From Gemmatimonadales bacterium (lineage in GTDB: Bacteria > Gemmatimonadota > Gemmatimonadetes > Gemmatimonadales > GWC2-71-9), in NCBI GenBank assembly GCA_036555275.1, contig DATBLR010000073.1:1079-65078 (forward strand): a stretch of 64,000 nucleotides of DNA, in the 5' to 3' direction. The notes under the pieces were generated by a model. That model was not told where the DNA came from, did not search any database, and saw only the letters and a list, made by a program, of their open reading frames with translations. Within the stretch, counting starts at the first letter, position 1; every line of letters starts with the position of its first letter. Made by a program: the position numbers and the translations under genes. Positions 33,316 to 41,592 of the stretch are shown piece after piece.

Positions 33316-34023
33316 ATGTCTGCCCCGCTTGGCTCCGCCCAGACCTACGCAGCGTCCGCCGCGGAAGCCGCGCGAATCTCTGCGTTCCTGCAGAGGGTAT
33401 ACGGCTGGATGTTCGTCGGACTCGGCGTAACCGCCGTGGTGGCGTACGCAGTGGCCACCTCTCCCGCCGTGGTGCAAACCCTGGCGGCCAACCGGCTGCT
33501 GTTCTGGGTGGTGTTGCTCGCGCCGATCGGGTGCGTGTGGTACCTGGGGGCCAGGGTCGATCGCCTTGCACCGAATACCGCCGCGTTGCTCTTCACGGTC
33601 TACGCCGCGCTGAACGGCGTTGCTTTCTCCTTTGTGTTGCTCGCCTACACCGGCGCGTCGATCGCCGGCACCTTTCTCACGGCTTCCGCGATGTTCGGGG
33701 CGCTGGCCCTGTATGGGACCATCACCCGGCGGAGCCTGGCCGGCCTGGGGCAGTTCGCTGTCATGGGGCTGGTCGGTGTCGTCATTGCGTCCATCGTGGG
33801 CATCTTCTGGCAGAATGACATGTTCCAGTTCGTCCTGTCGGTCTGCGGGGTGATCGTGTTCACCGCGCTCACGGCCTGGGATGCGCAGCGCCTGAAGGCA
33901 ATGGCCCTGGCGCTACCGGACGGCCGGACCGGCTCCTATGCCGTGGTGGGCGCACTTTCGCTGTACCTTGACTTCATCAACCTGTTCCTGTTCCTGCTGC
34001 GGCTCTTCGGAAGGCGGAGGTAG
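33316..34023 (+). CDS. Bax inhibitor-1/YccA family membrane protein
   Basis: 235 aa with 7 TM helices. FLQRVYGWMFVGLGVTAVVAY...LFTVYAALNGV...AWDAQRLK...GALSLYLDFINLFLFLLRLFG is typical of the BI-1/YbhL/YccA family. AGGAG lies upstream of the ATG. Confidence 0.88.
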   Translation: MSAPLGSAQTYAASAAEAARISAFLQRVYGWMFVGLGVTAVVAYAVATSPAVVQTLAANRLLFWVVLLAPIGCVWYLGARVDRLAPNTAALLFTVYAALNGVAFSFVLLAYTGASIAGTFLTASAMFGALALYGTITRRSLAGLGQFAVMGLVGVVIASIVGIFWQNDMFQFVLSVCGVIVFTALTAWDAQRLKAMALALPDGRTGSYAVVGALSLYLDFINLFLFLLRLFGRRR

Positions 34024-34141
34024 CGGCCGACGGGCGTCCCCCTACCCCCAAACCCTTCTCCCGACTAGCTTTTCCCCCTCACAACTCATCCTCCCCGGAC
34101 TCCGCACCAGGGCCGGGGCGACCAGACCAAAGGAAGGTGAC

Positions 34142-34486
34142 ATGGCCCGTCAGTACGAGGCGGTCTACATCTTCGACAGCGCCCTCGAAGAGCCCGCCAT
34201 CACCGAAAAGCTCAATCGCTTTCACGCGCTAGTTCCCCAGCCCAATGGCGATGCCGTCAAGGTGAACCACTGGGGCAAGCGCACCCTCGCCTACCCCATC
34301 AAGAAGCGCGACACCGGCTACTACGTGGTGGCGAACTTCCAGGCCTCGGCAGCTCAGCTGCCGGAGTTCGAGCGCGCCATCAAGCTGGACGAGGGGGTAC
34401 TTCGCCACCTCGTCGTGGTGACCGAGCACGATTACGCCCCGGTCCGCGACGTTACGGATCGCAAGTTCGAGGAGGATGACGAATGA
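34142..34486 (+). CDS. rpsF: 30S ribosomal protein S6
   Basis: [13 protein letters not shown]...[12 protein letters not shown]...GYYVV is followed by an acidic tail. AAGGAAGGTGA lies upstream. Confidence 0.95.
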   Translation: MARQYEAVYIFDSALEEPAITEKLNRFHALVPQPNGDAVKVNHWGKRTLAYPIKKRDTGYYVVANFQASAAQLPEFERAIKLDEGVLRHLVVVTEHDYAPVRDVTDRKFEEDDE

Positions 34487-34704
34487 AACGCACTCGGAAG
34501 GGTGATCCGCTGGCCGAGGCCGGGATCCGGTATATCGACTACAAGGACGACAAGATGCTGCAGCGGTTCCTCACTGAGCGGGGGAAGATCCTGCCCTCCC
34601 GGCTGTCGGGCATCACGGCCCGCCACCAGCGTCAGCTGAGCATCGCGATCAAGCGGGCCCGCTACCTCGCACTGCTGCCCTACATCAAGCGGGGCTCGAG
34701 CTGA
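34483..34704 (+). CDS. rpsR: 30S ribosomal protein S18
   Basis: [50 protein letters not shown] is canonical S18. The start forms an ATGA overlap with rpsF. Confidence 0.95.
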   Translation: MKRTRKGDPLAEAGIRYIDYKDDKMLQRFLTERGKILPSRLSGITARHQRQLSIAIKRARYLALLPYIKRGSS

Positions 34705-34706
34705 GG

Positions 34707-35636
34707 GTGTCTCAGCTCCGGCCGGCGGTGACCTGGCGAGCGCTGGTGGTCCTCGCCGCGTACGTAGTCTTCTTTCCGCCACTGTTCGTCCTCGGACCGC
34801 TTGCCGGGCTCCTGGTGGCGTCGCGGCCAAGGTCGGTTCGGGAATGGGCCTGGATTGGCGCCGCCGCGCTCTGGCTCCTCGTCACCCTGGGCCAACCCGG
34901 CGGGCTCGCCCCCCAGATGCTGCACGCCTGGGCCCTGTTCGTGACCGGCGCTTTCGTGGTGCTCATGCTCTCCGGCCGGTGCTCGCTGATTTCCGGCGCG
35001 CTGCTGGCGAGCGCGTTCGGCTTTGGCGCCGCGACAGTCTGGGCCTGGCTCCTGGGTAGCCGTTGGCAGGACATCCAGCTCGCCGTGGCCCACACCGGGT
35101 GGGAGTTCTGCCGGCAACTCCTGGCGCAGAGCAACCTGGCCCCGGACGCGCTCGACGGCCTCAGATCCTACGTGAACAGCCTCGCGGATGCGGTCGGCGT
35201 GCTGGCGCAGCTTTTCCCCGGCCTCCTGATTCTCACCGCACTCCCCGGCCTGGTACTGGCCTGGACCTGGTATCACAGGCTCTCAGCACACCCGACGGGG
35301 ACGCCCGGCGGGCGGTTCGCCGAGTTCCGCTTCAGCGACCACCTGGTGTGGCTGGTGGTCGGCTGTGTGGCGGGATTCGTGCTGCCCTTGCCGGACGCCC
35401 TTCACGGGCTGCTGGGGAACCTCGCCGTCGTCACCGGTGGGTTGTACGCGGCTCGCGGAGCCGCCGTGGCCTGGCGCAGTGTAGAGCCGTTTTCCCTGGG
35501 CGTCCTGGCGATTCTGCTGCTGGGCGTCCTGTTTATTCTCCCGGTCGCGCTGGGGGGGTTCTTTTCCGTGGGCCTGGCCGATACCTGGGTGGACTTCCGG
35601 CGGCGGTTCGCTTCCGCCGGATCGAGAGAGGAGTGA
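34707..35636 (+). CDS. DUF2232 (YybS-like) multi-pass membrane protein
   Basis: 309 aa with about 7-8 TM helices, located between rpsR and rplI as yybS is in Firmicutes. It has a GTG start 2 nt after the rpsR stop. The family call rests on topology and synteny. Confidence 0.6.
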   Translation: MSQLRPAVTWRALVVLAAYVVFFPPLFVLGPLAGLLVASRPRSVREWAWIGAAALWLLVTLGQPGGLAPQMLHAWALFVTGAFVVLMLSGRCSLISGALLASAFGFGAATVWAWLLGSRWQDIQLAVAHTGWEFCRQLLAQSNLAPDALDGLRSYVNSLADAVGVLAQLFPGLLILTALPGLVLAWTWYHRLSAHPTGTPGGRFAEFRFSDHLVWLVVGCVAGFVLPLPDALHGLLGNLAVVTGGLYAARGAAVAWRSVEPFSLGVLAILLLGVLFILPVALGGFFSVGLADTWVDFRRRFASAGSREE

Positions 35637-35640
35637 CCCG

Positions 35641-36084
35641 ATGGAAGTGATCCTTCGCGAGGATGTGAAATCGCTCGGCCAGGCGGGAGACCTAGTCAAG
35701 GTGAAGCCGGGCTATGCCCGCAACTTCCTGCTCCCAAAAGGCCTGGCCTATGAGGCCACCGAGGGCAACCGCAAGCGCATCCTCGCGGAGTCCAAGGCCC
35801 GGATGGCCCGCGCGGCCCAGGAGCGGAGTGAGGCGGAAGCTTTCGCGACCACGCTTGCTGGTGCCACGCTGACCCTGGCGCGAAAGGTCGGGGAGGGAGA
35901 CCGGCTCTTCGGTTCCATCACCGCCCAGGACATCGCCAATGCCCTGTCCCGGCAGGGCCACGCGGTGGACAAACGGAAGATCGAGCTCCCACATCCGATC
36001 AAGTCGCTCGGCACTCACCAGATTCCGGTGCGGCTCCATCCCGATGTTCAGGCGCAGCTTCGAGTGATCGTCGTGGCGGAGTGA
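35641..36084 (+). CDS. rplI: 50S ribosomal protein L9
   Basis: MEVILREDVKSLGQAGDLVKVKPGYARNFLLPKGLA is the canonical L9 N-terminus. The length is 147 aa. Confidence 0.95.
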   Translation: MEVILREDVKSLGQAGDLVKVKPGYARNFLLPKGLAYEATEGNRKRILAESKARMARAAQERSEAEAFATTLAGATLTLARKVGEGDRLFGSITAQDIANALSRQGHAVDKRKIELPHPIKSLGTHQIPVRLHPDVQAQLRVIVVAE

Positions 36085-36094
36085 CTGCGCTTCG

Positions 36095-37927
36095 ATGACC
36101 GTTGCCATCCGGTACGTCGATGGGCCCCGGCTCACCCGCTCGCTCCTCGCGGCCGCCGACTGGGTCGCGGCAGGCCGGGAAGAGATCAATCGGATCAACG
36201 TCTTCCCGGTTCCCGACGGCGACACCGGCACCAACTTCAGCCTGACCCTGCGCGCCGTCTGTGACGCTCTCCGGGCGCTTGGCGACGCGCCGCTCTCCGT
36301 CACCGCGAAGACCGCGGCCCGCGGGGCGGTGCTCGGGGCGCGCGGCAACTCGGGGATGATGCTGGCCCATTTCCTTCTCGGTTTCGCGGAGGTCATGGAG
36401 GGCAAGGAACAGGCGACCGCCCAGGAGGTCGCCGAGGGATTCCGCCGGGGCGCCGACCGGCTGTACGACTCCCTCGACGACCCCCGCGAAGGAACCATTC
36501 TCACCGTGGCTCGGGAGGCGGCCCACGCGGCCGCACGAGCCGCAGCGGATTCCCCCGACATTCTGCTCTTCATGACCCGGCTCCTCCGCGAGGGGGAGAT
36601 CGCGCTGGCCCGCACTCCCGAGCTGATGGCGGTCCTCAAGGAAGCCGGGGTCGTCGATGCCGGGGGGAAGGGCTTCGTCCGCATGCTGGAGGGGGTGGTC
36701 CGCTACATCGAGGGTGACCCCATCCTGCCCGCGGCACCATTCAGTGAGAGCGAGGCCGCGCTGGTGCCCGCTGCCGATGTCGAGGTGGCGGCCGAACGGG
36801 ACTTCCAGTTTTGTACCGAGCTCACCGCCCGCGGCGAACAGCTGCCCCCTGCCAATGAGGTACGCGCCCAGATCCGACATTTCGGCGGCTCCGTTCAGGT
36901 AGTAGTGGCCGGGGACATCCTCAAGGTGCATGTGCACACCGACACCCCGGAGGCCGTCTTTACCTTCGCGGCCCGCTGGGGAGCAATCCAGGCCACCAAA
37001 GCGGAGGACATGCGGGCCCAGCACCGGCGACTGGCGCACGGTGACCGGCGCCCGGTGGCGGTCATAGCCGACTCCTCCGCGGATCTGCCCGACGCGGTAC
37101 TTGACCGGCATCACATCGTGCTGGTGCCGCTGCAGGTGATGTTCGGGGACGAGACTTATCGCGACCGGGTGGAGCTGAAGCCGGCGGAATTCTACCGGAA
37201 GATGCGGTTCTCCAAGGTCCACCCAACGACCTCTCAGCCCACACTGGGCGAGTTCGTGCGGGTGCTGCGGGACGCGAAGGCCGAAGCCGACGAAGTCGTG
37301 GCCGTACTGCTCGCATCCCGCCTGTCCGGTACCTACCAGTCCGGGCTCGCGGCGGGAAAGGCGGCTGCGCTGGAGGGGGTCCACTTCGTCGATAGTGCCA
37401 CGGCGTCCCTGGGCCTGGGACTGCTCGCGCTGCGTGGGGCCGAGTTGGGGGAATCTGGCTGGTCCGCGACCGACATCGTGGCCGAGCTCCACCGGGTTCG
37501 GCGCCAGTCCGGCTGCTACATCACCGTGGATCGGTTCGACAACCTGCTCCGGTCCGGCCGGGTGACCCGGGGCAAGGCTTGGCTCGCCGGCATGCTGGAC
37601 GTAAAGCCGATCCTCTCGCTGGATCAGGAGGGCGGCATCATCCCGGTGGATCGGGTCCGGGGCCGGGCCAATGTCGTCCCCCGGGTCCTGAGCCTGCTCG
37701 AGAAGCGGCTGTCTCCCCGCCCGAGCGCCTTGCGTTTCGGCATTGTCCACGCGGAAGCCCCCGAGACGGCCGAGCGCCTGCGGGCGGCCCTGGTGGCGGC
37801 CTACGCGCCCAAGGACTGTTTCATTGCCTTGGCAACCGGAGTGCTGGGCACCCATGTAGGTTTCGGAGCGTGGGGTGTATTCTGGCAGGTGGAGGACGGG
37901 GTGCCCCCGCGGGGGCACCCGGCATGA
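36095..37927 (+). CDS. Dak2 (DhaL/FakA-like) domain fused to DegV (FakB-like) fatty-acid-binding domain
   Basis: The N-terminal domain has VFPVPDGDTGTNFSLT and ARGNSGMML (DhaL/Dak2). The middle domain has FCTEL...ILKVHVHTDTPE, as in YloV/FakA. The C-terminal roughly 280 aa have VAVIADSSADLP...TSQPT...ASRLSGTYQS...THVGFGAWGV, typical of DegV. Confidence 0.85.
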   Translation: MTVAIRYVDGPRLTRSLLAAADWVAAGREEINRINVFPVPDGDTGTNFSLTLRAVCDALRALGDAPLSVTAKTAARGAVLGARGNSGMMLAHFLLGFAEVMEGKEQATAQEVAEGFRRGADRLYDSLDDPREGTILTVAREAAHAAARAAADSPDILLFMTRLLREGEIALARTPELMAVLKEAGVVDAGGKGFVRMLEGVVRYIEGDPILPAAPFSESEAALVPAADVEVAAERDFQFCTELTARGEQLPPANEVRAQIRHFGGSVQVVVAGDILKVHVHTDTPEAVFTFAARWGAIQATKAEDMRAQHRRLAHGDRRPVAVIADSSADLPDAVLDRHHIVLVPLQVMFGDETYRDRVELKPAEFYRKMRFSKVHPTTSQPTLGEFVRVLRDAKAEADEVVAVLLASRLSGTYQSGLAAGKAAALEGVHFVDSATASLGLGLLALRGAELGESGWSATDIVAELHRVRRQSGCYITVDRFDNLLRSGRVTRGKAWLAGMLDVKPILSLDQEGGIIPVDRVRGRANVVPRVLSLLEKRLSPRPSALRFGIVHAEAPETAERLRAALVAAYAPKDCFIALATGVLGTHVGFGAWGVFWQVEDGVPPRGHPA

Positions 37928-38268
37928 AGCTAGCGGAGGAGCTGTCGGTGGCCGTCCAGGCGATCGACGACCTGAAGGGGCGAGACATCGTGGTGCTGGA
38001 CCTGCGCGGGCTGAGCGAGGCGACGGACTACTTCGTGGTGGCATCGGGTACCTCCGACGCGCATGTCCGCGGTATCGCCGAATCGGTGCTCGCCAAACTG
38101 CACCGGCGCGGGGTCCGGGCCCACCACGTCGAGGGCCTGTCCGGCGGCCGGTGGGTCCTGCTGGACTTCGTGGACTTCGTGGTCCACCTCTTTCATCCGG
38201 AGACCAGGAGCTTTTACCGGCTCGAGCGGCTCTGGAGTGATGCGCCGGAGATCAAGCCCGGCGCCTGA
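37924..38268 (+). CDS. rsfS: Ribosomal silencing factor RsfS
   Basis: AIDDLKGRDIVVLDLRGLSEATDYFVVASGTSDAHVRGIAESV...WVLLDFVDFVVHLFHPETRSFYRLERLW is canonical RsfS/iojap. The start forms an ATGA overlap. Confidence 0.92.
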   Translation: MKLAEELSVAVQAIDDLKGRDIVVLDLRGLSEATDYFVVASGTSDAHVRGIAESVLAKLHRRGVRAHHVEGLSGGRWVLLDFVDFVVHLFHPETRSFYRLERLWSDAPEIKPGA

Positions 38269-38284
38269 CCTGGCAGGTGATATC

Positions 38285-41200
38285 ATGATCCGTCGTACCG
38301 CTGTGGCGTTGTCCCTGCTGGCGTGCGTCCCGAACGTGCTCTCGGCGCAGTACTACTTTGGCCAGAACAAGGTCCAGTACCGGTCGTTTCACTTCCAGGT
38401 GCTCCGGACCGAGCACTTCGATATCCACTTCTATCCCGAGGCCCGGGCGGCCGCCCTCGATGCGGGCCGGCTGGCGGAGCGCTCCTACCAGCGCCTGTCC
38501 CGGCTCCTTCGCCATGAGTACAAGGAACGCAAGCCCATCATCCTGTACGCATCGCACTCGGATTTCCAGCAGACCAACGCACTGGGCGGCGAGGCACCGA
38601 GCGAAGGCACCGGCGGGGTAACCGACTTCTACAAGCAGCGGATCATCCTCCCCTTCACCGGGTCCTACGAGGAGCTGGAGCACGTCCTCCAGCACGAGAT
38701 GGTGCACCAGTTCCAGTACGACATCTGGAGCCGGGGCCGTGCCGGCGCCGGTCTCGCCACCATCATCAATGTGAATCCGCCGCTGTGGTTCGTGGAGGGC
38801 ATGGCGGAGTACTTCTCCCTCGGCGGGATCGACCCCAACACGGCGATGTGGCTCCGTGACGCAGCCATCGAAGGGAAGATCCCCACCGTCAACCAGCTCG
38901 AGACCGATCCGAGGATCTTTCCGTATCGGTACGGCCAGGCGCTTCTGGCGTTCATCGGCCAGCGCTGGGGTGACGAGTCCATCGGGGCGATCATTCAGGG
39001 AACGATGGCCGGCGGCGGCGGGCTCGAAGGCTCCATCCGGCGGGTGCTGGGGGTGGACTACAAGGGTCTCTCGGATCTGTGGAAGGAAGACATTCAGAAG
39101 ACCTACCTCCCCGAGGTAGCGTCCCAGCAGCGGGCCCGGGATATCGCGACCGAGATGCTCACCGAAAAGCGTTCCGAAGGGACGCTGCATCTCGCGCCCG
39201 CGCTCTCGCCGGATGGGCGCCAGGTCGCCTACTTCAGCGAGAAGGACTTCTATTTCGTCGATCTGTACCTCGCGGACGCCGCCACGGGCAAGGTGAAGGA
39301 ACGACTGCTGAAATCATCCTACAGCAGCAACTACGAAACCTTCCGCTTCATCAACTCGGCGGCCAGCTGGTCGCCGGACGGCCGGTTTCTCGCGGTGGCG
39401 GCCAAGCGGGGACCACGGGATGACATCCTCATCATCGATGTGCCGAGGAATCACGAGGCCAGGCGGATTCGGGTCAAACTGAGCGGCGTCACCACCCCGA
39501 CCTGGAGCCCGGACGGGAAGGAGCTGGTCTTCACCGGATATGACGGCGGCCTGTCCGATCTCTTCCTGATCAACGCCGACGGCACCAACTTGCGGCGCCT
39601 GACCAACGACCGGTATGCCGATTTGCACCCGGTCTGGTCGCCGGACGGCAAGACGATTGCGTTCGCCACGGATCGCGGCCCGGACACCGACTTCCAGACC
39701 CTGCACATCGGCAACATGCGGATCGCGACCTATGACCTGCCCAGCGGCCGCATCGATGTCCTGCCCGACATGGAGCTGGGAAAGAATGCCAGCCCGCAGT
39801 GGTCGCCGGACGGCCGGCAGATCGCCTTCGTGTCGGACCGCACCGGCGTGAGTAACATCTTCCTGTTCGACCTCCACGATCAGAAGGTGTATCAGATCAC
39901 CGACCTGTTCACCGGAGCCCAGGGCATCACCCCGCTCTCGCCGGTGCTCTCCTGGGCCCATCAGGCCGATCGCCTGGCGTTTGTCTACTACTCCCGCGAT
40001 CGGTTCGACGTGTACGCGATCAACGATCCCCGCTCGCGGGAAAAGACGGTGTGGGAACCGCCCGCTCCGGCCGTGGCGCACCGGGATTCCGCGGCCGCCC
40101 CGGCCGCCCCCGGCCCCTCCGCGGGTGCCCCCCCGGCGCATGACACCGTGACCGTGGGCCCGGTAGAAGCGACCGGCGGGATCTACGTGAGCCCCACCGG
40201 ATTCCGGCGGGCGGATGCCGCCCCGGATGTCACCGACTCCACCCAGCGCCCGGTCACCATCACCGCACTCATGGATTCGGTGAACATTCCGCTCCCGGAC
40301 ACTGCCGAATTCAAGGTGACCAGGTACAAGGTGAGCTTCCAGCCGGACTATATCGCCCGGCCGTCGATCGGCTATACGCGCGACAACTTCGGCCGCGGCT
40401 TCTATGGTGGAAGCGCGATCGCACTCTCGGACCTGCTCGGCGACCATCAGCTGATCTTCGCCGCGTACGTCAACGGACGGGTCAGCGAAGCGCTGGTCAA
40501 CGCCACCTACGTCAATACGACTCACCGCCTGAACTGGGCGGCCAGCGCCGGGCAGCAGCCGTTCTACTTCCTGGAGGCCAGTCAGATCCGGGGGTCCGGT
40601 ACCACTTCGGACACCTTCGTCACCAACCTGCGCCGGATCGTGGTCCGTTCCGTCCAGGGTCAGGCGATCTATCCGCTCTCCCGGTTCCGGCGGTTCGAGT
40701 TCGGACTCGCCGCGGCGACGATCACGGACCGGCGGCAGCAGATCTTCGAGCCGTTCGATCCGAACACCGGCTTCGCGAATGCGGATGCGACCAGTCGCGA
40801 GATCGCGCTGCCCGGCGCCAGCTTCGTCCAACCCTCGCTCGCCTACGTGTTCGACAACTCCCTCATGGGATACGTAGGTCCGTTCTACGGGCGACGCTAT
40901 CGGCTGGAGGGGTCACAGTCGATCGGCGGCTGGCAGTACTTCGAGGGTCTCGCCGACTATCGGCGCTATGACCGCCTCATCGGTCCGTTCACCCTCGCCA
41001 CGCGTGCCCTGTACTTCGGTCGCCACGGACCGGACGCCGACCAGTTCCAGGTGTTCCTCGGCAACACCGACCTGATTCGCGGCCACACCTCCGGTAGCTA
41101 CTACCGGCACGAGTGCCAGTTTTCCGATCCGGCCAGCACCGAGACCGGCTGCTTCGCACTGGATCGGCTCGTGGGCAGCCAGATCGCCGTGGGCAACGCG

Positions 41201-41497
41201 GAACTCCGTTTTCCGATCCTGACTCCCGCGATGCACTTCGTGCCCATGGGCTTTCCGCCCATCGAGGGAGCGTTCTTCTACGACGTCGGGATAGCCTGGC
41301 GTGAAGGGGACAAGCTCCGCTGGAGTCGCAAGCCCGGGGATAGCCCGAGCACGGTCCGGGCTCCGCTCCAGACCATCGGAGTGGGGGCACGGATGAACCT
41401 GTTCGGCTTCGTAGTGCTCCGGCTGGACTACTCCTTCCCTCAGCATCGCGACGGGGTCGGAGGCTACTGGACCCTCAGCCTGGGCCCGGTGTTCTAG
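38285..41497 (+). CDS. Large outer-membrane protein: zincin-like HExxH module, TolB-type PD40 beta-propeller repeats and Omp85-like C-terminal beta-barrel
   Basis: 1070 aa with the signal MIRRTAVALSLLACVPNVLSA. LQHEMVHQF is followed by VEGMAEYF (HExxH plus downstream Glu). Multiple PD40-type repeats are present (SPDGRQVAY, SPDGRFLAV, SPDGKELVF, SPDGKTIAF, SPDGRQIAF). The C-terminus is GNAELRFP...GVGARMNLFGFVVLRLDYSF...WTLSLGPVF, ending in Phe. Confidence 0.8.
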   Translation: MIRRTAVALSLLACVPNVLSAQYYFGQNKVQYRSFHFQVLRTEHFDIHFYPEARAAALDAGRLAERSYQRLSRLLRHEYKERKPIILYASHSDFQQTNALGGEAPSEGTGGVTDFYKQRIILPFTGSYEELEHVLQHEMVHQFQYDIWSRGRAGAGLATIINVNPPLWFVEGMAEYFSLGGIDPNTAMWLRDAAIEGKIPTVNQLETDPRIFPYRYGQALLAFIGQRWGDESIGAIIQGTMAGGGGLEGSIRRVLGVDYKGLSDLWKEDIQKTYLPEVASQQRARDIATEMLTEKRSEGTLHLAPALSPDGRQVAYFSEKDFYFVDLYLADAATGKVKERLLKSSYSSNYETFRFINSAASWSPDGRFLAVAAKRGPRDDILIIDVPRNHEARRIRVKLSGVTTPTWSPDGKELVFTGYDGGLSDLFLINADGTNLRRLTNDRYADLHPVWSPDGKTIAFATDRGPDTDFQTLHIGNMRIATYDLPSGRIDVLPDMELGKNASPQWSPDGRQIAFVSDRTGVSNIFLFDLHDQKVYQITDLFTGAQGITPLSPVLSWAHQADRLAFVYYSRDRFDVYAINDPRSREKTVWEPPAPAVAHRDSAAAPAAPGPSAGAPPAHDTVTVGPVEATGGIYVSPTGFRRADAAPDVTDSTQRPVTITALMDSVNIPLPDTAEFKVTRYKVSFQPDYIARPSIGYTRDNFGRGFYGGSAIALSDLLGDHQLIFAAYVNGRVSEALVNATYVNTTHRLNWAASAGQQPFYFLEASQIRGSGTTSDTFVTNLRRIVVRSVQGQAIYPLSRFRRFEFGLAAATITDRRQQIFEPFDPNTGFANADATSREIALPGASFVQPSLAYVFDNSLMGYVGPFYGRRYRLEGSQSIGGWQYFEGLADYRRYDRLIGPFTLATRALYFGRHGPDADQFQVFLGNTDLIRGHTSGSYYRHECQFSDPASTETGCFALDRLVGSQIAVGNAELRFPILTPAMHFVPMGFPPIEGAFFYDVGIAWREGDKLRWSRKPGDSPSTVRAPLQTIGVGARMNLFGFVVLRLDYSFPQHRDGVGGYWTLSLGPVF

Positions 41498-41560
41498 GGC
41501 AGCGCCGAGATGGACGGGGCGGAACTGCGTCATGCGCGGTTCCGCTCCCGCGAGGGGTTG

Positions 41561-41587
41561 GGAGGAGCACGCCTCCAGACTATTTTT
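41561..41587 (+). terminator. Weak candidate rho-independent terminator after the Omp85-like gene
   Basis: ggagg-agcacg-cctcc (41561..41576) is followed by agactattttt, with a T-run at 41583..41587. A second 7-8 bp hairpin (gcggaac...gttccgc) lies at 41519..41545. The 5-bp stem is short. Confidence 0.25.
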
Positions 41588-41592
41588 CGCTG

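Noticed and set aside
34024-34141. Possible structured rpsF (S6:S18) leader, and other ribosomal-protein leaders or riboswitches (for example before rplY at 22829..22876)
   Set aside because: I could not identify a convincing conserved secondary structure by eye. Only a Shine-Dalgarno sequence (AAGGAAGGTGA) is evident. This needs an Rfam/Infernal scan.
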